Positions 55,318 through 64,000 of a DNA stretch of 64,000 nt are shown piece after piece; position 1 is the stretch's first letter, and the number at the start of each line of letters is the position of its first letter. The stretch lies in the NCBI GenBank assembly GCA_027023445.1, contig JALVVK010000012.1:1139-65138 (forward strand), written 5' to 3'. Under the pieces are notes generated by a model. That model worked only from the letters and a program-made list of their open reading frames with translations, was not told the origin of the DNA and did no database searches. The DNA comes from Deltaproteobacteria bacterium (lineage in GTDB: Bacteria > Desulfobacterota > Dissulfuribacteria > Dissulfuribacterales > JALVPX01). Made by a program: the position numbers and the translations under genes.

Positions 55318-56096
55318 CGACGTGTCTGATTGACTCTAAAAATGCCTCTATGTTTTCTATTATAACTCCGTTTATTGTTGCGATTTCCTATGTGCCCTTC
55401 GCAACCTGCGCGATAATTGCCAGCATTTTAACCGGCAGGGGGGACATCGCCCATGTCCTGGGACGCATGTGGGCAAAATTCAGCCTGGCGGTCTCCGGGG
55501 TGAAGGTGGAAATCACGGGTTCAGAGAACATCCCCATGGATACACCTGTCATCTATGCGTCCAATCACGCGAGCCAGTTTGATATCCTTGCGCTTTACAG
55601 GACGCTTCCGGTTCAATTCCGCTTTGTGGTAAAAAAAGAGTTGTTTCGCATACCTCTTTTCGGATACGCTATGAAAAGGGCCGGATACATCTCCATTGAC
55701 CGCTCAGGGGGCAAGGCGGCCGTCAGGAGCCTTATCAAGGCGGGGGAAGCCATACGCTCCGGCACCTCGGTGGTGGTTTTTCCCGAGGGGACCAGAAGCC
55801 CGGACGGAAGACTGAGGCCCATAAAGCCTGGGGCTGTGGTGCTTGCCATCAAATCAGGCTGTCCCATAGTGCCAGTGGCAATAAGCGGCAGCCACAGGGT
55901 ACTGCCAAAAGGGCGGATACGCATTCGCCCGGGGCGCATAAGGGTCGCCATAGGTCCTGCCATCCAGACCACGGAGGGAGGGAGGCCGAGGTCAAGGGAG
56001 CAGGTCTCAGAGGAGTTGTACCGAGCCATTTATTCCATGTTGTCACCGGAAAACCGTCCGGAAGATCCTGGAGCCGGTGTTCAGGACAATAATTAG
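55311..56096 (+). CDS. plsC: 1-acyl-sn-glycerol-3-phosphate acyltransferase
   Basis: HX4D motif 'NHASQFD' and 'VVVFPEGTRSPDG'. There is one N-terminal TM helix. The GTG 55311 start overlaps the upstream gene, and ATG 55350 is an alternative. Confidence 0.85.
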   Translation: MLTTCLIDSKNASMFSIITPFIVAISYVPFATCAIIASILTGRGDIAHVLGRMWAKFSLAVSGVKVEITGSENIPMDTPVIYASNHASQFDILALYRTLPVQFRFVVKKELFRIPLFGYAMKRAGYISIDRSGGKAAVRSLIKAGEAIRSGTSVVVFPEGTRSPDGRLRPIKPGAVVLAIKSGCPIVPVAISGSHRVLPKGRIRIRPGRIRVAIGPAIQTTEGGRPRSREQVSEELYRAIYSMLSPENRPEDPGAGVQDNN

Positions 56097-56107
56097 AGGA
56101 GGAGAAA

Positions 56108-57325
56108 ATGGGGAAAAGGATTGCAGTAGTTTTGTCATTTTTTATCGCGTGTTACGCCTTTGTGGGGCAGCAGTTCGTGAAAAGGGCCTCTGCCGCCGGA
56201 TTCCAGCTCTTTAACGAGATATCGGCAAGGGGTACCGGAATGGGTGCCGCCATGACCGCCGTGGGCGACTCGGCGGATACCGCCTGGTTCAACCCGGCCG
56301 CCACCGCCTTTCTGGACCGTTCGATGGTGCAGGCAGGCACGGCCTTTGTGGTGCCTTCCATCAAGCTGGAAGACTCCGGCAACAAGTACGAGATGAAAAA
56401 CATGGTCTATCCCCTGCCCAATTTTTACGCGGTTATGCCCACATCAGGTCGCGTTGGATTTTCCTTTGCAGTCAATGTGCCCTATGGCCTTACAACAGAA
56501 TGGCACAAGGGATGGATAGGCGATACCAAGGCCAGGAAAACCGAGCTCAGGTGCATGTTTTTCACGCCGTCCATGTCGATCAAACTGACAGACTGGCTCT
56601 CCCTGGGCGTGGGCGCGCAGGTGGCCAAGGTAAACGCCGATATGACAAAGGCTATAAACGCGCTCATAAGCACGAGAATAAAGGGAAAGGATATTGGCAA
56701 GGGATATGTTGTCTCCCTGTACGCAAGGCCTTCCAAGGACTGGAACCTGGGCATGGTGTTCCGTTCGCATGTGAAATTTCATATATACGGTTCCGCGGAT
56801 TATGACTCCCCATCTCTGCCGGTTTCAGCCGTAAACCTTCCCCTTACCCTGCCGGCAAGCCTTTCAGTGGGGGTAAGTACTACATCTGTGGAAAACTGGT
56901 TACTGTCCTGTGATTTCCTGTGGACATGGTGGTCCTACTACAAGTCCCTGGATTTTCATTACGAAAAATTGCCCACCACAGGACTGCCCGGAGAGAGTAT
57001 TTATCCGAAAAACTGGAAAAATTGCATGGCCCTCAGGTTTGGCGCGGAATACAGGCTTAACCGGAACTGGCGCCTCAGGGGGTCCTACGTGTTTGACCAG
57101 TCTCCAATACAAGACAACTACAGGGACCCGAGCCTTCCCACCAATGACAGGCATCTTTTCAGCGTGGGAGCAGGCTATTATTTCAAAAACCTGACCATTG
57201 ACGGGGCATATACCTGCCTGTTGATGAAGGACAGCCATCCGGGTGACCTGGTCACTCCCTCATTGAGCGGCACCTATAAGGGATACGCCAATATCTTCAA
57301 TCTGTCCGTCACCTGGGTATTTTAG
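56108..57325 (+). CDS. FadL/OmpP1/TodX-family outer membrane hydrophobic-compound transporter
   Basis: Signal peptide, then 'GFQLFNEISARGTGMGAAMTAVGDSADTAWFNPAA', and a C-terminal beta-barrel ending 'NIFNLSVTWVF'. Confidence 0.8.
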   Translation: MGKRIAVVLSFFIACYAFVGQQFVKRASAAGFQLFNEISARGTGMGAAMTAVGDSADTAWFNPAATAFLDRSMVQAGTAFVVPSIKLEDSGNKYEMKNMVYPLPNFYAVMPTSGRVGFSFAVNVPYGLTTEWHKGWIGDTKARKTELRCMFFTPSMSIKLTDWLSLGVGAQVAKVNADMTKAINALISTRIKGKDIGKGYVVSLYARPSKDWNLGMVFRSHVKFHIYGSADYDSPSLPVSAVNLPLTLPASLSVGVSTTSVENWLLSCDFLWTWWSYYKSLDFHYEKLPTTGLPGESIYPKNWKNCMALRFGAEYRLNRNWRLRGSYVFDQSPIQDNYRDPSLPTNDRHLFSVGAGYYFKNLTIDGAYTCLLMKDSHPGDLVTPSLSGTYKGYANIFNLSVTWVF

Positions 57326-57333
57326 ACCGCATT

Positions 57334-59040
57334 ATGGCGCGTAGAGATCACAGGGGAATAATGCCCCTGCCGGATATGGTGGCAGGGGTCTCCAGAGATT
57401 TCGCCAGCCGGGTTGCCATGGTTGCCAGGGATCCTGGTGGTGACAGGGTGTTTACCTATGAGGAGATGGGGGCAAGGGTCAGGGCAATGGCCCGTGGACT
57501 GGTGAAAATCGGGGTCAAGACGGGCGACAGGTGTGTCATCCTCGGGCCCAATTCCCCTGAGTGGGCGCTGGCCTACCTGTCGATTACCACGGCAGGCGGG
57601 GTCTGCGTACCCATTGATTCGCTCCTCAGCGCCAATGAAATGCGAAGGCTCATAGCGGATTCCAGGGTAAAGGCGGCCTTTGTGGCCCCGAGGTTCCTGG
57701 ACTGTGTCCTGGATACCGGAAGGGGGTTCCCCGTACCGGGCCATGTAATCGCCATGACCGCAGAGGCTGTTTCCCTGCCGGATAATGTAATGAGCATAAA
57801 AACGCTCGAATCCAAGGGTACCTCCAAGGTAAAATTACCTGAGTGCAGGTTGGAGGACCTGGCCGCTATAATATACACATCCGGTACTACAGGCAGCCCC
57901 AAGGGTGTAATGCTCACCCATAAAAATATCGTGTCCGACGTGGCCGCTTCTTATCAGGCCGTCATGTTCGATCAGGAAATGTTTCTGTCCGTCCTGCCCA
58001 TGCATCATACCTTTGAGTGTACGGCGGGCTTCCTTTTGCCAATATACAGCGGGAGTGCCATAACCTTTGCGCGGAGTCTCAAGTCAAAATCCATCCTGGA
58101 GGATCTCAGGGCCAGCAGGGCAACTATAATGTTTGGCGTTCCGCTGCTTTTTCAAAAGATGATAGAGGGGATTCATCGGGCCGTATCCAGAAAATCCGCC
58201 GTGCAGCGGGCGGCCTTCAGGTCGATCATGGCCATGGTCAAGGCGGGGGAGCGTGCCGGCAGGCCAGGCCTTGGCGTAAGGCTTTTCAGGGGACTCAGGG
58301 AAAAGGCCGGGCTTGGGCATCTAAAGTTTTTAGTGTCAGGGGGCGCGCCTCTCATGCCCTGGATACCCAGGGAGTTCAGGAGGCTGGGGCTGACCATGAT
58401 TCAGGGCTATGGTCTCACAGAAGCCAGCCCGGTGCTTACCATCAACCCCCAGGACGCGCCGCTGGACAACAGCATAGGCAAGGCGTTGCCCGGTGTAGGG
58501 GTTCGGGTCATGGATCCGGATTCATCCGGGGTCGGTGAGCTGGCCTTCAGAGGGCCAATGATTATGAAGGGTTACTACAGGGATAAAGAGGCAACCGCTG
58601 GGGTCCTTGACCGGGAAGGATGGCTCAGGACCGGCGACCTGGGGTATGTGGATGAATCGGGATACATTTACATATGTGGCAGGGCCAAGGACCTCATTGT
58701 CACGCCGGCCGGAAAAAATGTCTATCCCGAGGAGATAGAGGCCCGGATCAACAGGAGCCCTTTTATCCTGGAGTCCATGGTTTACGGCAAAAAAACCAGG
58801 ACCGGGGGCGAGGATGTTCACGCACTACTGGTGCCTGACTTTGAGGTAATAGGCGAGCAGTGCGGGGGGAAAAAACTTAAAGATGAATACATAAGATCGC
58901 TTCTGACAAAAGAGATAAAAAGGATCAACCAGCAACTTGCATCCTACAAGCGGATCAAAAAATTTGTCATCAGGGAGGAGGAACTTCCCAAGACCTCCAC
59001 CAGAAAGATCAAGCGTCATCTGGTAAAGAGCAGCCTTTGA
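57334..59040 (+). CDS. Long-chain fatty acid--CoA ligase (AMP-forming, ANL superfamily)
   Basis: 'YTSGTTGSPKGVMLTHKN', 'QGYGLTE', 'LRTGDLGYVDESGYIYICGRAKD' and 'KIKR'. Confidence 0.9.
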   Translation: MARRDHRGIMPLPDMVAGVSRDFASRVAMVARDPGGDRVFTYEEMGARVRAMARGLVKIGVKTGDRCVILGPNSPEWALAYLSITTAGGVCVPIDSLLSANEMRRLIADSRVKAAFVAPRFLDCVLDTGRGFPVPGHVIAMTAEAVSLPDNVMSIKTLESKGTSKVKLPECRLEDLAAIIYTSGTTGSPKGVMLTHKNIVSDVAASYQAVMFDQEMFLSVLPMHHTFECTAGFLLPIYSGSAITFARSLKSKSILEDLRASRATIMFGVPLLFQKMIEGIHRAVSRKSAVQRAAFRSIMAMVKAGERAGRPGLGVRLFRGLREKAGLGHLKFLVSGGAPLMPWIPREFRRLGLTMIQGYGLTEASPVLTINPQDAPLDNSIGKALPGVGVRVMDPDSSGVGELAFRGPMIMKGYYRDKEATAGVLDREGWLRTGDLGYVDESGYIYICGRAKDLIVTPAGKNVYPEEIEARINRSPFILESMVYGKKTRTGGEDVHALLVPDFEVIGEQCGGKKLKDEYIRSLLTKEIKRINQQLASYKRIKKFVIREEELPKTSTRKIKRHLVKSSL

Positions 59041-60836
59041 TGGACGCCCCGCGTGGAATACCTGCCATGGAAAAGTTTGATGAACTGATGAACGGACTGG
59101 ATGCCCGGCAGCGCCAGGCGGTTACCCACAAGGGCGGTCCACTGGCGGTAATCGCGGGCCCAGGCACCGGGAAAACCAGGGTCCTTACCATGCGTGTCTG
59201 TTATCTTGTATGCTTCCGGGGGGTGGATCCTTCCCGTGTCCTGGCAATTACCTTTACCAATCAGGCCGCCGGAGAAATCCGGGAGCGTCTCCGGTCTCTG
59301 CTTCCGCGAGATACCTCCCCTCCCAGGGTTACGACCTTTCACCAGTGGGCGCTTGACTTCCTCAAGGGCCTGCCAGGACGCGAGGACTTCAACCCGGTGG
59401 ACGAGGCAGGCGCCAGGGACCTGCTCAGGCAGGCCGCATCCCGCACGAACATGGACCCCAGGGCCTTTTACAGGATGGCCGAAGAAATTTCCCTGGCAAG
59501 GCAGCACTGGCCGCTGTCAGCCCTCGAGGAAGACGCGGAACGGGTGCTTGATGAATACGTCTCTCTTTTGAGAAAATACCATCTGTGGGACTATGACGAT
59601 CTCATTCTTGAGGCGGCCGAAGTCCTCACCGGGGATAAGGACCTGAGGGATCAGGTGCGCGGTTCCCTGCCCCATGTCCTGGTGGACGAGTTTCAGGATG
59701 TCAGTCCGGCCCAGTACCGCCTGGTCCGCTGCCTTGCCCAGGCTGCATCGGAAATCACGGTCATAGGGGATCCGGACCAGGCAATATATGGATTCAGGGG
59801 GGCAAGCCCTGAGTTTCTCCGGGAATTTCAAAGGGATTTTCATCCGGTCACAACACTCAGGCTCAAGTCCTGTTACCGCTGCCCGCAGGTGGTGTTAGAC
59901 GCTGCCCAGGGCGTGCTTAACAGGGACAAGGGGCTTGAATCGCGGGTGGGCCAAGGGAAAAAGATAGTCTTCCGCAGCTTCAGGCATCCCTCAGCAGAGG
60001 CAGGGTGGGTGGCGGACACCATTGAGAAGACAGCCGGAGGCCTGAGCTTTGACGCCATAAATTTCGGCAGGGCCGGGATGGATGAAACCATGCCCCTTGA
60101 TTCCATTGCCGTACTTTTCAGGGCCAGGGTTTTGGGAAACGAGGTCTCTGATGCCCTCGCAAGGCGCGGCATCCCCTTCCAGCGGGCGGATCGCAGGGAT
60201 CCCCTCGCAGAGCTCGGGCTCCTGCCAGCCCATCATCTCCTTGAGGCGGCCAGGGACAGGAACAGGGACTACCATCTCGGCAGGCTGTCCAGGCTGTTAG
60301 ACAAGGCGAAACATGAACGGATCTGGTTCTTCCTTCAGAGGGTCTCCGGCCTTAACGGTGCGGATCTCCTGGAGGAAACAGCCACCTTCCTTGGCCTGGA
60401 GCGGGATTCCGCGCAGATGATGATTTTGAAGCGGTTCGCCTCCGAAGCGGGTGAAGCCGCCTCCCTTGCCCTTTTCTGCCGTAACGAGGCCGATCTTCTG
60501 GATATAAAGGTGGAGGCAGTCCGTCTCATGTCCCTGCATGCCGCCAAGGGGCTGGAATTCCCCGTGGTGTTTCTGATCGGGTGTGACCAGGGAATATTGC
60601 CATGGGAAGGGGTGCCTGTGGACGAGGAGCAGAGGCTGTTTTACGTCGGGCTTACAAGGGCGGCACGCAGGCTGTATCTCAGCGCCTCGGGCAGGAAGTC
60701 TCTTTTGGGCAGGCGCCTTGCCGGCGGATTCAGCCCATTTCTGAGGGCGATCCCCTCACATCTGCTTGAGGAAAAAGAACAAAAGGCTTCAAAATACAGG
60801 AAACCGAACAAACCCAGGCAGAGGAGTCTTTTTTGA
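59037..60836 (+). CDS. UvrD/Rep/PcrA-family SF1 DNA helicase (short, about 599 aa)
   Basis: 'LDARQRQAVTHKGGPLAVIAGPGTGKTRVL', 'ITFTNQAAGEIRERL', 'VLVDEFQDVSPAQY', 'VIGDPDQAIYGFRGA', 'MSLHAAKGLEFPVVFL' and 'RLFYVGLTRA'. The start overlaps the fadD-like stop (TGATG; ATG 59037-59039, TGA 59038-59040). Confidence 0.85.
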   Translation: MMDAPRGIPAMEKFDELMNGLDARQRQAVTHKGGPLAVIAGPGTGKTRVLTMRVCYLVCFRGVDPSRVLAITFTNQAAGEIRERLRSLLPRDTSPPRVTTFHQWALDFLKGLPGREDFNPVDEAGARDLLRQAASRTNMDPRAFYRMAEEISLARQHWPLSALEEDAERVLDEYVSLLRKYHLWDYDDLILEAAEVLTGDKDLRDQVRGSLPHVLVDEFQDVSPAQYRLVRCLAQAASEITVIGDPDQAIYGFRGASPEFLREFQRDFHPVTTLRLKSCYRCPQVVLDAAQGVLNRDKGLESRVGQGKKIVFRSFRHPSAEAGWVADTIEKTAGGLSFDAINFGRAGMDETMPLDSIAVLFRARVLGNEVSDALARRGIPFQRADRRDPLAELGLLPAHHLLEAARDRNRDYHLGRLSRLLDKAKHERIWFFLQRVSGLNGADLLEETATFLGLERDSAQMMILKRFASEAGEAASLALFCRNEADLLDIKVEAVRLMSLHAAKGLEFPVVFLIGCDQGILPWEGVPVDEEQRLFYVGLTRAARRLYLSASGRKSLLGRRLAGGFSPFLRAIPSHLLEEKEQKASKYRKPNKPRQRSLF

Positions 60837-61001
60837 AAAGCGGTCAGGACCATCGGAGATGTTGAATGTTCACAGGTAAATGGTACATTGCACACAGCCA
60901 GTCCGGATAGCTTTTATCTTTATTGCGTATTACGGCCCTGGTCGAGTTGTGTCCGGCTTTCAGCCCGGGAGGCCAGGTTAGGTTATAAAAAGGGGGATAA
61001 A

Positions 61002-61286
61002 ATGAAAATAACCCATTCAGAGGTGGAACATGTAGCGGATCTTGCAAGGCTTACCTTTTCCCCGGAGGAGATGGACAGCATTACCGGCCAGCTCAACGAC
61101 ATACTGACATATGTGGCGCAGCTTGAGAAGGTCGAGGCATCCGGCGTGGAGCCGACAACTCATGCCCTGGAAGTGGAAAACGCCTTCAGGGAGGACGAGA
61201 CCGGGAAGTCCCTGTCCGCGGACGAGGCACTTTCAAACGCACCTGAACGGGAAGACGACACCTTCGTGGTGCCAAGGATCATCTGA
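61002..61286 (+). CDS. gatC: Asp/Glu-tRNA(Asn/Gln) amidotransferase subunit C
   Basis: '[44 protein letters not shown]'. Start set at ATG 61002, after AAAGGGGGA. Confidence 0.93.
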   Translation: MKITHSEVEHVADLARLTFSPEEMDSITGQLNDILTYVAQLEKVEASGVEPTTHALEVENAFREDETGKSLSADEALSNAPEREDDTFVVPRII

Positions 61287-61297
61287 GAGGAATATAC

Positions 61298-62764
61298 ATG
61301 GCAACGCAACACCTTACAGATTTATCCATCCATGAACTGCACGGGCTTTTAACCGGGGGAGAAGTATCCTCTGAGGAGGTTACCAGGGCGTACCTCGCAA
61401 GGATTGCCCAGGTGGACCCCAGGGTAAAGGCCTATATCACCGTGACCGAAGAACAGGCCCTGGAACAGGCGAGGGAGGCCGACAGGCGTCTCAGGGAAGG
61501 AAGGGACATCACCCCCCTTACAGGGATTCCTCTTGGCATCAAGGACAATATGTGCACCAGGGGAGTGCGCACCACCTGCGCCTCCAGGATACTGGAAAAT
61601 TTTGTTTCTCCCTATACGGCAACGGTCCTGGAAAAGATAAAAAGGCAGGGGGCGGTCATTCTGGGCAAACTCAACCTGGATGAGTTTGCCATGGGGTCCT
61701 CCACGGAGAACTCGGCCTTTTTCCCCACGCATAACCCCTGGGATCTTGAACGGATCCCCGGAGGGTCCAGCGGGGGCTCGGCCGCGGCTACCGCGGCAAG
61801 GCTGTGCGCCGGCGCTCTTGGTTCGGACACGGGTGGCTCCATCCGGCAGCCCGCCTCTCACTGCGGCGTTGTGGGAATGAAGCCGACCTATGGCAGGGTT
61901 TCCAGATTCGGGCTGGTGGCATTCGCGTCTTCCCTGGATCAGATAGGTCCCCTGGCAAGGGACGTGACAGACTGCGCCATACTTCTGAACGCGGTGTCCG
62001 GTTATGATCCCAAGGACTCCACTTCGGTGGACCGTGAGGTTCCCGACTATACTCGCTTCCTGGAAAAGGGTCTTGACGGGTATACCGTGGGGCTTCCGGA
62101 GGAATATTTTGTGGAGGGCCTGGACCCTGAGGTGGAGGCCCTTGTCAGGGAAGCCATATCTCAACTGGAAAAACAGGGTGCCAGGGTGGTAAAGGTGAGC
62201 GTGCCCCACATGAAATACGCGGTGGCCTGTTATTATATTATTGCCCCGGCCGAGGCAAGCTCCAACCTTGCCAGGTATGACGGGGTCAAATACGGCTTCA
62301 GGGCCAGGGGGTACAAGGACCTCATGGAGATGTACAAAAAAACACGGTCCGAGGGGTTCGGCGCGGAGGTAAAGCGCAGGATCATGATCGGGACCTACGC
62401 CCTTTCCGCGGGCTATTACGACGCCTACTACAAAAAGGCTTCCCGGGTCCGCACCCTGATCACCAGGGATTTCATGAAGGCGTTTGAAAAATGCGACGTC
62501 CTTGCCACCCCGGTGGCCCCGACCGCCGCGTTCAGGATCGGGGAGAAGACGGAGGATCCTCTCCAGATGTATTTGTCTGATATCTTTACTATTGCTACCA
62601 ATCTCGCGGGCATCCCCGGCATTTCCGTACCCTGCGGTCTGACAGGAGAAGGCCTTCCCGTGGGTCTCCAGCTTATGGCCGGCCATTTTGAGGAACATAA
62701 GGCCCTGAGGGCTGCCTACAATCTGGAACAGGCCCTGGGTGCCAGGACATGGCCCGAGGTTTGA
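61298..62764 (+). CDS. gatA: Asp/Glu-tRNA(Asn/Gln) amidotransferase subunit A
   Basis: Amidase signature '[13 protein letters not shown]', plus '[13 protein letters not shown]' and 'GIPLGIKDN'. Confidence 0.95.
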   Translation: MATQHLTDLSIHELHGLLTGGEVSSEEVTRAYLARIAQVDPRVKAYITVTEEQALEQAREADRRLREGRDITPLTGIPLGIKDNMCTRGVRTTCASRILENFVSPYTATVLEKIKRQGAVILGKLNLDEFAMGSSTENSAFFPTHNPWDLERIPGGSSGGSAAATAARLCAGALGSDTGGSIRQPASHCGVVGMKPTYGRVSRFGLVAFASSLDQIGPLARDVTDCAILLNAVSGYDPKDSTSVDREVPDYTRFLEKGLDGYTVGLPEEYFVEGLDPEVEALVREAISQLEKQGARVVKVSVPHMKYAVACYYIIAPAEASSNLARYDGVKYGFRARGYKDLMEMYKKTRSEGFGAEVKRRIMIGTYALSAGYYDAYYKKASRVRTLITRDFMKAFEKCDVLATPVAPTAAFRIGEKTEDPLQMYLSDIFTIATNLAGIPGISVPCGLTGEGLPVGLQLMAGHFEEHKALRAAYNLEQALGARTWPEV

Positions 62765-62775
62765 GGTAAAAGCCA

Positions 62776-63099
62776 TTGCAGCGCATCCCGCTTAAACTGG
62801 CCGCTCCCGGCATGGTAACCGCCAGGGATGTATCCACAGAAGAGGGCCAGGTGCTATGCGGCGCCGGCGTGGAGCTTACACAGGAATTTATTGACCGCCT
62901 GGGCCGCATGGGCGTTGCCTCCATTACGGTAGAAGGGCACCCCGTCTGTCTTCCAGGGGAAAAGGGCCTCGGGGAGAGGATCAGGGATCTGGATTACAGG
63001 TTTTCAAGGGTCAAAAAAGATCCGGTTCTTCGCGCTCTCATGAAGCTTATTGCCGAATACTGGATAGAAAAGGAACGGGGGCCGCAGCCCCGGGCATAA
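62776..63099 (+). CDS. Small conserved-looking hypothetical protein
   Basis: 107 aa with a TTG start. 'LAAPGMVTARDVSTEEGQVLCGAGVELTQEFIDRLGRMGVASITVEG' looks like a short domain I associate with the N-termini of signalling proteins. I cannot name a family. Confidence 0.45.
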   Translation: MQRIPLKLAAPGMVTARDVSTEEGQVLCGAGVELTQEFIDRLGRMGVASITVEGHPVCLPGEKGLGERIRDLDYRFSRVKKDPVLRALMKLIAEYWIEKERGPQPRA

Positions 63100-63105
63100 A
63101 AGTTA

Positions 63106-63195
63106 GCTCATAGGTCATGGGTCATAGCTCATGGTTTAAGAAACAAGGTGATTTTTTGTGACTTCACCTATGAGCCATGAACTATGAACTATTTT
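63106..63195. repeat. P-family palindromic element, full copy (inverted relative to 54234-54317)
   Basis: gctcataggtcatgggtcatagctcatggtttaagaaacaaggtgattttttgtgacttcacctatgagccatgaactatgaactatttt. Its reverse complement matches 54239-54311 with only a few differences. Confidence 0.88.
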
Positions 63196-63214
63196 CCGAG
63201 TAAGTTATTGACAG

Positions 63215-64000
63215 ATGGAACCTGAAGAGGCCAGAAGAGAAGAAATCCGGCAGAAGCTGAAAGATGTCCAGTCCCTGCCTACCCTTCCCCCCATAGTGTC
63301 CAAACTGAACGGGATGGTGGAGAAAGAAGACGTCACGGCCGTACAGCTTGGCAGGATCATCGACAAGGACCAGGTGCTCACCAGTAAGCTTCTCAAGATG
63401 GTCAATTCCTCCTTTTTCGGGTTCCCGCAGCGGATAAGCACGGTTTCCAGCGCCATCGTGCTCCTGGGCTTCAATGTCATCAAAACCCTTATTGTTACAT
63501 CGTCCATCTTCGAAACCATGCAGTCTGCCGACATCGGCCTGTGGGAACATTCTCTGGGATGCGCCACAGCCGCGGCCATCCTGGCAAAGAGGCGCCGGGT
63601 AAAAAACCCGGAGGAGATATCCACGGCGGGCCTTATCCACGATCTGGGCAAGATTGTGATCCGCGCGGAACTTCCCGAGGAATACGCCCGGATCAAGGAG
63701 GTGGTGGAAAGGCAGGAAACATCCACCATGGATGCCGAGATACAGGTGTTGGGGATTGCACATGCCGAGATCGGCTCCTGGCTGGCCCGCAGGTGGAATC
63801 TCCCGGCACGCCTGGTTACCCCCATAGAATTTCATCACGATCCATGCAGGGCCAGGGAGTACAGGGATCTTGCGGCTATCGTGCATTTTTCAGACATCCT
63901 TGTCCGTGCCATTGGTTTTGGCTCAGGCGGTGATCCATGGGTGCCGCCTCTGGACCATGACGCATGGGAGATTATCAAATTTTCCAGGACGGACATGAGG
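63215..64000 (+). CDS. HDOD domain protein (3' end beyond the window; absent from the supplied ORF track)
   Basis: Hand translation from ATG 63215 is open to nt 64000 (262 codons). It reads 'MEPEEARREEIRQKLKDVQSLPTLPPIVSKLNGMVEKEDVTAVQLGRIIDKDQVLTSKLLKMVNSSFFGFPQRISTVSSAIVLLGFN..GLIHDLGKIV..HAEIGSWLARRWNLP..FHHDP', which is canonical HDOD. The minus-strand ORFs listed here are antisense artefacts. Confidence 0.85.
   Translation, partial: MEPEEARREEIRQKLKDVQSLPTLPPIVSKLNGMVEKEDVTAVQLGRIIDKDQVLTSKLLKMVNSSFFGFPQRISTVSSAIVLLGFNVIKTLIVTSSIFETMQSADIGLWEHSLGCATAAAILAKRRRVKNPEEISTAGLIHDLGKIVIRAELPEEYARIKEVVERQETSTMDAEIQVLGIAHAEIGSWLARRWNLPARLVTPIEFHHDPCRAREYRDLAAIVHFSDILVRAIGFGSGGDPWVPPLDHDAWEIIKFSRTDMR

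Noticed and set aside
61349-62776. 475-aa minus-strand ORF antisense to gatA
   Set aside because: gatA on the + strand has the full amidase signature. The antisense product is Gly/Pro/Arg-rich with no motifs.
63182-63886. 234-aa and 206-aa minus-strand ORFs at the window end
   Set aside because: They are antisense to the + strand HDOD gene, which I translated by hand and which has canonical motifs.

Overview
This is a 64-kb chromosomal window. All calls were made by eye from the sequence and the ORF track, with no searches run. Gene content suggests a flagellated deltaproteobacterium (Desulfobacterota-like), but that is only an inference.

Layout:
- 1-12.3 kb: a flagellar operon on the + strand. 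It runs FliK-like, FlhB-C paralogue, flgF-G-A-H-I-J, flgN-like, a giant flgK, flgL, csrA, fliW. Two sigma-54-type promoters are visible.
- 12.3-19.9 kb: a minus-strand che operon of HDOD, three REC-CheB-like paralogues, CheY and CheA.
- 20.1-25.3 kb: an mglB-mglA GTPase pair co-oriented with an acidic CheW-like protein and a TPR-PilB/GspE ATPase.
- 25.4-28.2 kb: MCP-cheW behind a near-consensus sigma-28 promoter.
- 28.4-42.6 kb: housekeeping genes (thpR, cinA, pgpA, larC, nadB, thyX), then a TolC-MFP-RND operon with a CarS-like gene and a PHP gene at its end.
- 42.6-47.8 kb: a compositional mosaic. A very GC-rich P-type ATPase sits next to an AT-rich PEP-CTERM gene that has a sigma-54 promoter.
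- 47.8-64 kb: a 1418-aa activase/dehydratase fusion, prfC, tRNA-Phe, a DUF434-like gene, plsC, fadL, fadD-like, a UvrD-like helicase, gatCA, and a second HDOD gene that runs off the window and is missing from the ORF track.

Several intergenic regions share short hairpin or palindromic repeat families.

Most interesting candidates:
- the mglBA / acidic CheW-like / TPR-PilB module, set inside the flagellar and chemotaxis block
- the triple CheB-like genes with degenerate catalytic motifs
- the 1359-aa FlgK with nested internal repeats
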